From contig JAVZLS010000005.1 in assembly GCA_038883715.1 (NCBI GenBank), forward strand, positions 1 to 64,000: 64,000 nucleotides of DNA, given 5' to 3'. This document shows, in pieces, positions 54,731-64,000 of the stretch; positions within the stretch are counted from its first letter, which is position 1; every line of letters starts with the position of its first letter. The position numbers and the translations under genes are program-made. Under the pieces are notes generated by a model. That model did not search any database. It was not told the origin of the DNA and worked only from the letters and a program-made list of their open reading frames with translations. This DNA comes from Candidatus Bathyarchaeia archaeon. GTDB taxonomy: Archaea; Thermoproteota; Bathyarchaeia; Bathyarchaeales; Bathycorpusculaceae.

Positions 54731-57088
54731 GTGTTTACCTTGAGCAAGAAAGGATTACATGTGAAAATTGGAGAAATGAAGACAGACTTGGGGCTTATTA
54801 AAAACCTTGAATTGTCCATTGGCAAGATAGTTGAGGAAGCATGGGCTGAACCGATGGGGCCGACACCTTTCCCATCGCTGACAGCTCTACGCGAATGGGA
54901 CATGAAGCTTCTGCAGCGCTATAAGCCATTTTATCTGCCCTTCTGTGATGTCTGCTGCCTCTGCACTTTTGGCAAATGTGACTTAACTGGAAACAAGCGC
55001 GGTGCATGTGGCATAAACATGGCTGCCCAACAGTCCCGTATAGTGCTATTGGCATGCTGTATTGGTGCTGCAACCCATACTGGGCATGCCCGCCACTTGG
55101 TGGAGCACTTAATCGAGAAATATGGTAGAAGAATGCCCTTAGACGTTGGCGGATTGAACGTTCAAGTGGAAGCGCCAGTTACAAGGCTTGTCTGCGGAGT
55201 TAAGCCTGAAACCCTCGGCGACCTTGAAGAAATATTGGATTACGTGGAGACACAAGTTACCCACTGCCTGTCTGTTTGCCACACTGGGCAAGAGGGAAGC
55301 AACCTCGACTTTGAGTCAAAAGTTTTCCACGTGGGCATGTTGGACCATGTTGGCATGGAAGTGGCTGACATAGCCCAAATAGCCGCCTACGGCTTTCCAA
55401 AGGCTGACCCTGACGCGCCGCTTGTGGATTTAGGCTACGGAACAGTAAACATTGAAAAGCCAGTAATCCTCTGCATAGGGCATAATGTTGTTCCATCCGT
55501 GGGCATAATTGATTATATGAAGGAGAACGGGCTGGACGGAGAAATAGAAGTTTGCGGCTTATGCTGCACAGCCCATGATATAGCGCGCTATTATAAAAGA
55601 GGGAAGATTATTGGACCAATTTCTTGGCAATTACGCTTCATAAGAAGCGGAGTTCCAGACGTTGTTGTTTTGGATGAGCAGTGTATCCGAACAGATTCTT
55701 TCTATGAGGCTCAGCGGATTAAGGCTCCTGTTATTGTGGCTTCTGAAAAGAACTGCATGGGATTGCCAAACCGCACAGACGACCCGGCAGACGCCATAGT
55801 TGAAGACCTTGTAAGCGGCAAAATCCCAGGCGCATTAATCTTGGACCCAGAAAAAGTGGGCGAAGTCGCTGTTAAAGTAGCCTTGAAAGTGGCACCTTTG
55901 AGGAAGAAGTTTAAGGCAATTCCCGAGGCGGATGAAGTTCTGCAAAAGGCGAAGGAGTGCCGCCAGTGCGGCGACTGCCGAAGAGCTTGCCCACAAGACC
56001 TGCACATTCCAGAAGCCATGAAAGCCGCCATGGAAGGCTCTTTAGCTAAGCTTGCAGAACTATACGACTTATGCGTTGGATGCGGACGATGTGAGGAAGC
56101 ATGCCCTGTAGGATTGCAAATTCACAGCTTCATTGTTAAGGCTGGGGAGAAGAAGCTTAAAGAGGAAACCTATAAGGTGCGGGCTGGAAGAGGCCCAATA
56201 CAAGACGTGGAAATCCGAAACGTGGGAAGTCCAATAGTACTCGGCGAGATTCCGGGCGTAATTGCCTTCGTTGGATGCGCCAACTACCCGAAAGGCGGGA
56301 TAGAAGTTGCGGAAATGTGCCGCGAATTCGCCAGCAGACGCTACATAGTTGTCACTTCTGGATGTGCCGCCATGACGGCTGGCATGTACAAAAACGAAGA
56401 GGGCAAAACTCCGTATGAAGAGTTTACAGGAGAGTTCACGGCTGGATGCATGGTGAATGTTGGTTCGTGTGTTGCTAACGCGCATATCGCCGGCGCAGCA
56501 ATAAAAATTGCCAACATCTTTGCTAAGAGAAATTTGCGCGCCAATTACGAGGAGATTGCCGACTACATCCTAAACCGTGTGGGCGCCGTTGGCGTTGCAT
56601 GGGGAGCATACTCCCAAAAAGCTGCTTCAATAGCCGCCGGTTTCTGGCGTTTAGGCGTTCCAGTTATCGTTGGTCCTCATGGCATCAAGTATCGGCGCAT
56701 GCTTTTGGGAAGGACTGACCGTGAAGAAGACTGGTACGTTTATGATGCTAGAACTGGTGAGAGGGTCTATGTGGGACCTGCTCCGGAGCACTTGTTCTAC
56801 GCGGCTGAAACTAAGGAGGAAGCCATGGTTATGATTGCTAAACTTTGTATGCGCCCCAACGATACCACGAAGGGAAGAGCCATAAAGTTGACACATTATG
56901 TTGATTTGCATAAGCGCCTTTATGGAACCATGCCAGAAGACATCCACCGCTTCGTGCGGACAGTCGCCGACATACCAGTAACAATGAAGGATGAAATCAT
57001 AAAGATTCTAGAGGAGAAGGGCTGGAAGGAAACAATCATTCCAGACCCGACGCTGTTGCCTAGACTTATAAGGAAGAGGAAGGAGTGA
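54731..57088 (+). CDS. cdhA: ACDS alpha subunit (CO dehydrogenase)
   Basis: CDVCCLCTFGKC, GHN, CCTAHD, two ferredoxin motifs, GSCV. Confidence 0.98.
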   Translation: MFTLSKKGLHVKIGEMKTDLGLIKNLELSIGKIVEEAWAEPMGPTPFPSLTALREWDMKLLQRYKPFYLPFCDVCCLCTFGKCDLTGNKRGACGINMAAQQSRIVLLACCIGAATHTGHARHLVEHLIEKYGRRMPLDVGGLNVQVEAPVTRLVCGVKPETLGDLEEILDYVETQVTHCLSVCHTGQEGSNLDFESKVFHVGMLDHVGMEVADIAQIAAYGFPKADPDAPLVDLGYGTVNIEKPVILCIGHNVVPSVGIIDYMKENGLDGEIEVCGLCCTAHDIARYYKRGKIIGPISWQLRFIRSGVPDVVVLDEQCIRTDSFYEAQRIKAPVIVASEKNCMGLPNRTDDPADAIVEDLVSGKIPGALILDPEKVGEVAVKVALKVAPLRKKFKAIPEADEVLQKAKECRQCGDCRRACPQDLHIPEAMKAAMEGSLAKLAELYDLCVGCGRCEEACPVGLQIHSFIVKAGEKKLKEETYKVRAGRGPIQDVEIRNVGSPIVLGEIPGVIAFVGCANYPKGGIEVAEMCREFASRRYIVVTSGCAAMTAGMYKNEEGKTPYEEFTGEFTAGCMVNVGSCVANAHIAGAAIKIANIFAKRNLRANYEEIADYILNRVGAVGVAWGAYSQKAASIAAGFWRLGVPVIVGPHGIKYRRMLLGRTDREEDWYVYDARTGERVYVGPAPEHLFYAAETKEEAMVMIAKLCMRPNDTTKGRAIKLTHYVDLHKRLYGTMPEDIHRFVRTVADIPVTMKDEIIKILEEKGWKETIIPDPTLLPRLIRKRKE

Positions 57089-57103
57089 TGGAGGGATAGC
57101 GTT

Positions 57104-57634
57104 ATGGCGGCTGAACCTTGGCAAACGGCTGAAATTCCTGGACCAAAAAAGGCTTTAGTTATTACTAAGCCTGAAGTTGTTGCGGCCATGATAAAACGGG
57201 CTAAGCATCCGGTGCTTGTTGTTGGGCATAAGGCGGCTGAAATAGACTTTGACGGTGGGAAACTCATAGACTTCATAATTGAGTTTTCAAAGAAGAGCGG
57301 CATCCCAGTTGTGGCTACAGCCCACATGATAGGCGAGTTCACAAAGCGAGGTTTTAAGCCAGCGGCTTTCATGCCGGCTGTTGATATTGGAAACCGCCTC
57401 GTCGACCCGGATTGGGCGGGTGTTGACGGTAAGGGACAGCATGACCTAGCATTGTTTGTGGGGCTCTACTATTACATGGAGTGGACAATCTTGTCGGGGC
57501 TGAAGCATTTCGCCCAACACTTGAAGACGATATCTTTAGATAATGTTTATCATCCCCATGCAAGTTGGTCTTTCCCAAATCTTTCCCACGAGGAGTGGGT
57601 GAAAAACCTTAAAGTCATAATGGAGAAAGTTTGA
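57104..57634 (+). CDS. cdhB: ACDS epsilon subunit
   Basis: IKRAKHP, DPDW.GVDGKG.HDL, ASWSFPN. Confidence 0.95.
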   Translation: MAAEPWQTAEIPGPKKALVITKPEVVAAMIKRAKHPVLVVGHKAAEIDFDGGKLIDFIIEFSKKSGIPVVATAHMIGEFTKRGFKPAAFMPAVDIGNRLVDPDWAGVDGKGQHDLALFVGLYYYMEWTILSGLKHFAQHLKTISLDNVYHPHASWSFPNLSHEEWVKNLKVIMEKV

Positions 57635-57652
57635 AGGAGGCGAAAATAGGAA

Positions 57653-59074
57653 ATGAGCATGTTTCAAGACATACCCGTCGACGTGGGCGTAATCTACGAG
57701 GGCGAAAGAATCCGAAGAAAGGACATGTTTGTGGAGCTCGGCGGACCAGACGTCAAAGAAAAATTTGAACTTGCAAGGGTCAAAAAGCCAGAGGAAGTCG
57801 AAGACGGAAAAATAATCATCATTGGACCGGACATTAAGGACATGGAGGAAGGCAAAACATACCCGTTCGGCATCCTTATCGAAGTGGCTGGCGCCAAGCT
57901 AGAGCCAGAACTGGAAGGCGTTATTGAGAGGCGTATTCACGCCTACTGCAACTATATTGAGGGTTTTATGCACCTAAACCAGCGCTACGACATCTGGTTA
58001 AGGCTTAGCAAGAAGTCCTACCAGAAGGGCTTAAACTCCTTCCAATTTATCGGCAAAGTCTTGCATAGGCTGTTTAAGAGCGAACTTCCAATAATCGAGA
58101 AAATGCAAGTAACCTTCATAACCGACGCCGAAAAGGTCAAAGAGCTTTATCCCCAAGCACTGCAGATTTATGAGGCAAGAGATGCGAGGGCTAGGGGTCT
58201 TAAGGACGAGGAAGTGGACAAGTTTTATGGCTGCATCTTATGCCAGTCTTTTGCGCCAACCCACTGCTGTGTGATAACGCCACAGCGCTACTCTAATTGC
58301 GGTGCCATAAGCTGGTTTGACGCTAGGGCTTCAGCCAACATAGACCCGAAAGGTCCCATATTCGAAATTGACAGAGGCGAGCTTTTAGACCCTGAAAAAG
58401 GCGAGTATTCGGGTGTAGACGAGGCTGTTAAGAAAAGGACTTTGGGCGAGATAACTCGCGTTTGGCTTTACACGGCTTTTGGCTATCCCCACACTTCTTG
58501 TGGCTGCTTTGAGGGTGTTGCCTTCTACATTCCGGAGGTGGACGGCTTCGGCATAGTCCACAGAGGCTACAAGGAAGTAACCGTAAACGGTTTAGCCTTC
58601 TCCACATTGGCGGACTCAACGGCTGGCGGGCGGCAAGTGGACGGTTTCCACGGCATATCCATCGAGTACATGCGCTCTCCAAAGTTTCTGCAAGCCGACG
58701 GCGGCTACAAACGCGTTGTCTGGATGCCAAAGGAAGTGAAAGAACGTGTTAAGAACTTTATTCCAGCGGAGCTTGTGGACAAAATCGCCACAGAAGAGGA
58801 CGCCAAAACCATTGACGAGCTAAAGGCTTTCCTAAAAGCCCGCAGTCACCCGGTTGTTGAGCGCTGGAAAGAAGAGGTTGTAGCCGTTCCAGAGGCTGTT
58901 CCTGCAGAAGCTGAAGCGCGGGAAGAGGCTGCACCAGCCATGGTGCCGACAATCACCGCGGCTACTCTGCCCATAACTGCTGGCGGATACAAAATCATAC
59001 TGAAGGATGCTAAAATCTATGCTAAACGCGTCATAATACGTTCTGTTAAAAGCGAGAAAGCAGAGAAAAGGTGA
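57653..59074 (+). CDS. cdhC: ACDS beta subunit (acetyl-CoA synthase)
   Basis: YEGERIR, CILCQSFAP, CGA, PHTSCGCFE. Confidence 0.98.
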   Translation: MSMFQDIPVDVGVIYEGERIRRKDMFVELGGPDVKEKFELARVKKPEEVEDGKIIIIGPDIKDMEEGKTYPFGILIEVAGAKLEPELEGVIERRIHAYCNYIEGFMHLNQRYDIWLRLSKKSYQKGLNSFQFIGKVLHRLFKSELPIIEKMQVTFITDAEKVKELYPQALQIYEARDARARGLKDEEVDKFYGCILCQSFAPTHCCVITPQRYSNCGAISWFDARASANIDPKGPIFEIDRGELLDPEKGEYSGVDEAVKKRTLGEITRVWLYTAFGYPHTSCGCFEGVAFYIPEVDGFGIVHRGYKEVTVNGLAFSTLADSTAGGRQVDGFHGISIEYMRSPKFLQADGGYKRVVWMPKEVKERVKNFIPAELVDKIATEEDAKTIDELKAFLKARSHPVVERWKEEVVAVPEAVPAEAEAREEAAPAMVPTITAATLPITAGGYKIILKDAKIYAKRVIIRSVKSEKAEKR

Positions 59075-59081
59075 AAGGGGC

Positions 59082-60305
59082 TTGGCTGAAAAGAAGGAAA
59101 AGGACGAGACGGTTTTAGGGTTAAAGCTGAACTCTCGGCTGCTGGAGCTTTTGGCGAAGCTTCAAGAAATTGAGCTTGAAGACTTTGAGATGGAGGTTGG
59201 CGACCTAGAAATTTGGCTTCAACCCGGCGCAGTGGCAGCCCCGGTAATTGCCCCACCAAAAGTTGCCCCGCCAGTCAAGGCTAAACCCACAAAAATAATT
59301 GAGGTTGAATTCGTTCCGCCAGTTGAAACCTATCCGGGAAGGGTTGTTGAGGTTAAGCTCGGAGCCACAAAAAGCGAGGGCGGGACAAGGGGCAAAACGG
59401 TTGTTATCGGCGGCGAAACCACCCCAGCCTTCTACACCTTTGAGAGACCTACGCCTCATCCGCCAGTCATATCCTTGGACGTTTTTGACATGGAGGTCCC
59501 GCTTGCCAAGGCTGTTAAGATGCATGTTAAGGATGTTTTAGGCGACCCGGCGGCTTGGGCTAAACTGGCTGTTGAAAAGTTCGGCGCAGACTTGATAACC
59601 ATCCACCTAATCAGCATTGACCCGCTTGTAAAGGATGCATCGCCCAAAGAGGCTGTTAAAACCGTTGAGGCTGTTGCACAAGCAGTGGACGTGCCACTAA
59701 TCATCGGCGGCTGCGGCGACCCGGTGAAGGATGCGAATGTCTTCCAAGAAGTGGCTGAAACCTTTGCCGGCGAACGTTTCTTGATAAGCTCTATTACAAG
59801 GGATATGGACGTTGAACGCTGCGCCAAATTCATCAAAAAGAATGGGCATGTGGCACTTTCGTTCACACCTATGGACTTGAACTTGGCTAGAGAGCTGAAC
59901 CGTCGGCTGTACGATTTCTTGGCTAAAGAGGACATCGTCATGGACTTAACAACGGCGGCTTTAGGTTACGGTTTAGACTATGCCTTCACAAATATGGAAA
60001 GGGCTCGCCTAGCGGCTTTAATGGGTGACCCGGAGCTGGCTCATCCCATGTCTTCTGGAACAACCAACGCTTGGGCAGCCCGTGAGGCATGGCTTAAAAT
60101 GGCTCCAGAGTGGGAGCCCCGCGAGCTTCGAGGACCATTATGGGAGGTTGTTACTGCTTTGACGCTTCTACTGGCTGGCGTAGACCTTTTCATGATGATG
60201 CATCCAGCAGCCGTAAAAACAGTGAAAGATGTCATAGCCCAGCTTATTAGTGGCAAGTCTGGCAATGCTGACAGGCTTGTGGAATGGGTTACCGCCAAAG
60301 TTTAA
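59082..60305 (+). CDS. cdhD: ACDS delta subunit (corrinoid protein small subunit)
   Basis: LGATKSEGGTR, TTAALGYGLDY, NAWAAREAW, MMHP. Confidence 0.97.
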   Translation: MAEKKEKDETVLGLKLNSRLLELLAKLQEIELEDFEMEVGDLEIWLQPGAVAAPVIAPPKVAPPVKAKPTKIIEVEFVPPVETYPGRVVEVKLGATKSEGGTRGKTVVIGGETTPAFYTFERPTPHPPVISLDVFDMEVPLAKAVKMHVKDVLGDPAAWAKLAVEKFGADLITIHLISIDPLVKDASPKEAVKTVEAVAQAVDVPLIIGGCGDPVKDANVFQEVAETFAGERFLISSITRDMDVERCAKFIKKNGHVALSFTPMDLNLARELNRRLYDFLAKEDIVMDLTTAALGYGLDYAFTNMERARLAALMGDPELAHPMSSGTTNAWAAREAWLKMAPEWEPRELRGPLWEVVTALTLLLAGVDLFMMMHPAAVKTVKDVIAQLISGKSGNADRLVEWVTAKV

Positions 60306-60331
60306 AGGGTTTAATGGAGGTTTGAGGCGTT

Positions 60332-61768
60332 ATGAGTGAAAGGGAAGCCAAAGGCAAGATCGGCGTTAAGGAACTTAGCCCCATAGACGTTTACAAGCTT
60401 CTTCCGCGTACAAACTGTAAGGAGTGCGGCGAAGAAAACTGCATGGCTTTCGCCACAAAAGTTGTGAACCGCGAAGTCCCCATAGAAAAGTGCAAGCCCA
60501 TATTGAAGAAGGAGTTTGAGAAAGCCTACAAACAGCTTAAAGAAATGCTGAAACCAGCCATAAAAGAAGTTGTCATTGGCACTGGTGAAAGGGCTGTTAA
60601 AATCGGCGGAAAACTTGTCATGTATCGCCACGAGCTTACATACTTTAACCCAACAGCCATAGCCATAGACGTAACAGACGAGATGTCAGAAGAAGAAATC
60701 CTAAGCCGCATCAAACGGGTTGAAGAATTCCACTACGAATATATTGGGCAAATTTTAAAGTTGGACATGGTTGCAGTTCGCTCAACGTCCAACGACCCGG
60801 ACAAGTTTAAGGCAGCAGTGCGCAAGGTGGCAGAAAACACTAAACTACCCATGGTTCTGTGTTCGCTGAACCCAACGGTTTTGGAAGCTGGTTTGATGGC
60901 TGCGCCGAAAGCCCGACCGCTCTTGTATGCGGCTACCAAGGATAATTGGAGGGAGATGGCTGAACTAGCCCTAATGTACGGTTGCCCGCTGACAGTTTTT
61001 GCACCCAACAACCTTAAACTTTTGAAGTCCTTGGCGAAGACACTTCTGGAATACGGCGTGGAAGACCTTGTTCTGGACCCTGGCACATTTGCAGGCGACG
61101 GCTTGGCTGACACACTTAATAATTTCACTATGATTAGGCGTTTGGCTTGCAAGCAAGGCGACGAGCTTCTAGGCTTTCCATTAATGGGTGCTCCCATGAC
61201 CGTCTGGCTTGAAAGCAGCGGAATAGCCCCAGAAATCGTCAAATGGCGAGAAGCCTATTTGGCGGCTATGCTTATTGTGCGGTTTGCCGACATCCTCGTA
61301 ATGCACAGCCTAGACGGATGGGCTTTACTGCCAAACGTTGTTTTAAGAGCCAACATTTACACGGATCCCCGCAAACCAGTAGCCGTAGAGCCAGGCTTGA
61401 AAGTTTTTGGCACCCCAGACGAGAACTCGCCAGTAATGTTCACAACCAACTTCGCCCTAACCTACTACACAGTGGCTTCAGACATAGAATCCGCAAAAAT
61501 AAACGCCTACTTGCTTGTTGTAGACACGGAAGGCATAGCCGTAGACAGCGCAGTAGCCGGACGCAAACTAACAGCAGAAAAAGTAGCCGAAGCAATAAAG
61601 GCTTCAGGAATAGAAAACAAAGTGAAACACAGAAAACTAATTATACCCGGCAAGGCGGCACGCCTAAGCGGAGAAATAGAAGAACTAAGCGGATGGCAAG
61701 TCTTAGTAGGACCAAGAGACTCATCGGAAATCCCAAAATTCCTACAGGAAAAATGGCAAAGCTCCTAA
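60332..61768 (+). CDS. cdhE: ACDS gamma subunit (corrinoid Fe-S protein large subunit)
   Basis: LPRTNCKECGEENCMAFA, IYTDPRKP, TTNFALTY, VGPRDS. Confidence 0.98.
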   Translation: MSEREAKGKIGVKELSPIDVYKLLPRTNCKECGEENCMAFATKVVNREVPIEKCKPILKKEFEKAYKQLKEMLKPAIKEVVIGTGERAVKIGGKLVMYRHELTYFNPTAIAIDVTDEMSEEEILSRIKRVEEFHYEYIGQILKLDMVAVRSTSNDPDKFKAAVRKVAENTKLPMVLCSLNPTVLEAGLMAAPKARPLLYAATKDNWREMAELALMYGCPLTVFAPNNLKLLKSLAKTLLEYGVEDLVLDPGTFAGDGLADTLNNFTMIRRLACKQGDELLGFPLMGAPMTVWLESSGIAPEIVKWREAYLAAMLIVRFADILVMHSLDGWALLPNVVLRANIYTDPRKPVAVEPGLKVFGTPDENSPVMFTTNFALTYYTVASDIESAKINAYLLVVDTEGIAVDSAVAGRKLTAEKVAEAIKASGIENKVKHRKLIIPGKAARLSGEIEELSGWQVLVGPRDSSEIPKFLQEKWQSS

Positions 61769-61903
61769 ACTGTTTTCCGTCTCATCAATAATCGATAATG
61801 AGGGTGTCAGAGAAAATCTTCGTTTCGTTGAGCTAACTCTTTCTTATCTTTTTATACCCTATTATGCCATACAGTTAGACGTTTACTTGAAAAGGTTGTT
61901 AGA

Positions 61904-62383
61904 ATGATTAGAGAAGCTCGCATCGAAGACGTACCCTTTATCGTTGACATGATAAGGTCGGCTGTTGATGAAGGAGTTTTCCATTCAATAGAGCTTTCAG
62001 TTGAAGAGCAAAGAAGAGAGTTTAGAAATTTTGCCTTTGAAAATCCGCCGGAAGGCTATCTGCTCTTGGTTTATCAGATTGGAAACGAAATTGTGGGTTA
62101 TATTGATTCTCGCGTGAAGAGAGGCGTAGGCCATATTTTAGGAATCTACGTAAAGCCACATTATCGTAAAAAGGGTGTCGGAAAGAAACTCATAGATGAA
62201 ATATTAGATAGTTTCAGAAAAAAAGGATGTCACAAGGCAAGGCTTGAAGTCTTTGCAGACAACCATAACGCAATCAGATTTTATAATCGCCTTAACTTCA
62301 TCCAAGAAGGCTTTCTCCGCCAAGACGAAGGAAAAAGAGACATAATTATAATGAGCAGGTTCTTGAAAGAAAACTCTCTATAA
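61904..62383 (+). CDS. GNAT family acetyltransferase
   Basis: IYVKPHYRKKGVG, LEV..N..A..FY. Confidence 0.9.
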   Translation: MIREARIEDVPFIVDMIRSAVDEGVFHSIELSVEEQRREFRNFAFENPPEGYLLLVYQIGNEIVGYIDSRVKRGVGHILGIYVKPHYRKKGVGKKLIDEILDSFRKKGCHKARLEVFADNHNAIRFYNRLNFIQEGFLRQDEGKRDIIIMSRFLKENSL

Positions 62384-62429
62384 GAGAGACGCTGCGCTAT
62401 AACCCCCCTTTTTCGAAGCGCGCCAGAGC

Positions 62430-63214
62430 TTATTTTATCGCGATAATGATCATGTCCTTTTCCCTCTTAATCTTGTTAACTTTTCTGAAACCGCTTTGAG
62501 TTAAAACATTTAAGTAATCTTTAAGCACCCACTTGATTCGCGGATTCATTACAGAGGCTATTTCGGCTTCTAAGATGCCTTTCTTTTCGATTAAGTAAAT
62601 GTTGTTTTCAAGGATTCCCTCAGCAGTCTTATTTGCAACTTCAATGTGTATTATTCTCATGCTGCCATGCTCAACTGGCTGGTTAATCACGAACTGTTTC
62701 CCGCTTTTTCCACTCTCTTCCAATTAACTTCTTTAAATCCGATTTTGTCAAGTTTGGGAAAAGCGTGTAAAATATGAATTTTCCACCATCTTTAAGCACT
62801 GAATAGATGCCTCTAGCCGAAGCCTTAAGTGCAGCACGCGAGCCTAACTCGTCAAAGTAGTCGCTGAACACACAATCATATTTTCGCATGCAATTTTCCC
62901 CTAAATTGTCAAAACGAGAACGGAAAAACCTTATTTTTAATCCCTCTTCCGCCGCAACTTTTGGCGCATACCCGATTGCGATGGCGCTTGCATCAGAGCC
63001 TTCAACTTCGTAGCCCTCCTTTGCGAACATTATTGTTTTGAAGCCAAGCCCACAAGAGCAATCTAATATGGATTTTACATGCAGTTTAGGAAGTAAAGAA
63101 AAAAGGAGCTGCAAGCCAGAACGTGTTTCCTCTAAATACTTGGGAACCCAAACCTTTCTGGTTAACCAAGACCACTTCCAAATAGTATCCCAAACCTTTG
63201 TTTCAGTCTTACAT
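62430..63214 (-). pseudogene. Class I SAM-dependent methyltransferase split by frameshift(s)
   Basis: ILDCSCGLG and GSDAS motifs in the frame ending at 62683; C-half continues in another frame from about 62700; the open N-terminal frame has no in-frame start and ATG 63214 is offset by one base. Confidence 0.6.
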
Positions 63215-63259
63215 ACACGAACTTCAAACAGAAGAACTGGTCACCATGCACCATGTTTC

Positions 63260-63715
63260 CTATCTGCTTCTTCTTTTTTCGAGATATTCTATGTTGTCAA
63301 AATTTTCTTTAGTTTTCTTTTCCTGCTCTCTCAGCCAGCTTGCATAACCCATTTTTCTTATACTTTCATAATTTTCTCTGATATTGTAGGTTTCTTTCTG
63401 GTAGCTGATTTTCTGGCAACCTACAAATTCTCCACAAAAATAGCAGTTCTTTAGCTTTCTTTGCAAACAACAAACCCTCACTTCACAAAGCGGCATTCCT
63501 CCGCCTTTAACACAGCCTGGACAACTTGAGTTAGCAAACCAGCTTAAACCTTTCATTAAATCATCAAAGTTAAAGTCCTGAGTAATATTATGTATCCATT
63601 CAGCATACCCATAAGCGTCGATGAATCTCTTCAAATTCTTTGCCATCTCTGGGATGCGCGTTTGCATACCACAATGGTCACAGCAAACGCCACAATAACC
63701 TATCACCACACTCAA
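63260..63715 (-). CDS. DUF3795-type Cys-rich (Fe-S/Zn) protein
   Basis: YCGVCCDHC ... CPGC ... C.VR.CC ... C.FC.EF.C. Confidence 0.82.
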   Translation of the reverse strand: MSVVIGYCGVCCDHCGMQTRIPEMAKNLKRFIDAYGYAEWIHNITQDFNFDDLMKGLSWFANSSCPGCVKGGGMPLCEVRVCCLQRKLKNCYFCGEFVGCQKISYQKETYNIRENYESIRKMGYASWLREQEKKTKENFDNIEYLEKRRSR

Positions 63716-63810
63716 TAAATTCCCTCCACCCTTAATTTATTCAAAATATCTATTTAAATCAAAAGACAATAATTAATGAATAACTTTGGAAATTGTGGCT
63801 GTGTTTGCTC

Positions 63811-64000
63811 ATGGAAAACTCGGTGATGGAAGCCGCCCACACCATAGTTACTGATGTGGCATGTTTAAAGGAAGATTTCAATGTGCTTATCATCTGTGGT
63901 TTTCATAACAAAAATTTGGCTGAATATATAACGCTGGAATCCTATGCCGTAGGAGCATATCCATATCTATGGGTTTTTGATGAGAAAATTTTCTTAAAGC
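63811..64000 (+). CDS. 5' part of a probable M29 aminopeptidase-like protein (runs off window)
   Basis: Open frame from ATG 63811: MENSVMEAAHTIVTDVACLKEDFNVLII..LAEYI..ESYAVGAYP. Confidence 0.5.
   Translation, partial: MENSVMEAAHTIVTDVACLKEDFNVLIICGFHNKNLAEYITLESYAVGAYPYLWVFDEKIFLK

Noticed and set aside
61243-61791. 182-aa alternative-frame ORF inside cdhE, and similar antisense/shadow ORFs throughout
   Set aside because: Overlap well-supported genes and have no protein-like motifs
63822-63837. GGTGATGGAAGCCGCC resembling the start of a fluoride riboswitch
   Set aside because: Lies inside a coding frame; pseudoknot partner and 3' consensus are absent
1-64000. CRISPR array, rRNA or intact IS element
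   Set aside because: No regularly spaced repeats, rRNA-like sequence or transposase ORF seen

Overview
Gene-dense archaeal chromosomal segment, most consistent with Bathyarchaeia (TACK): eL13, eL15 and eL38, a complete Wood-Ljungdahl CO dehydrogenase/acetyl-CoA synthase operon (cooC-cooC-cdhABCDE), F420 genes, a probable S-layer gene and many TTG/GTG starts. The taxonomic call is an inference from gene content. From left to right: a PhoU/TrkA-C plus MgtE operon with a long leader; a Cys-rich HTH regulator facing a serine kinase (SerK x2)/O-phosphoserine sulfhydrylase fusion across a tandem palindromic operator; tRNA-Ser(TGA) and tRNA-Val(GAC); a box C/D guide sRNA whose two guides match 23S rRNA; an RNase P/ribosomal cluster with an eL15 leader; Lrp facing archaeal asparagine synthetase; a glycosylation island beside the S-layer gene; a large adhesin plus a complete type IV pilus locus; a HEPN-MNT fusion; a cofD/fbiE-like/metF-like/cofE cluster; two tandem deoxyhypusine synthase paralogues; the ACDS operon; and a frameshifted methyltransferase. 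No CRISPR array, integrase or intact transposase was seen. The best candidate for an undescribed system is the self-contained, operator-controlled serine to phosphoserine to cysteine fusion enzyme (2568-4763). All family calls come from motif recognition by eye, not from database searches.
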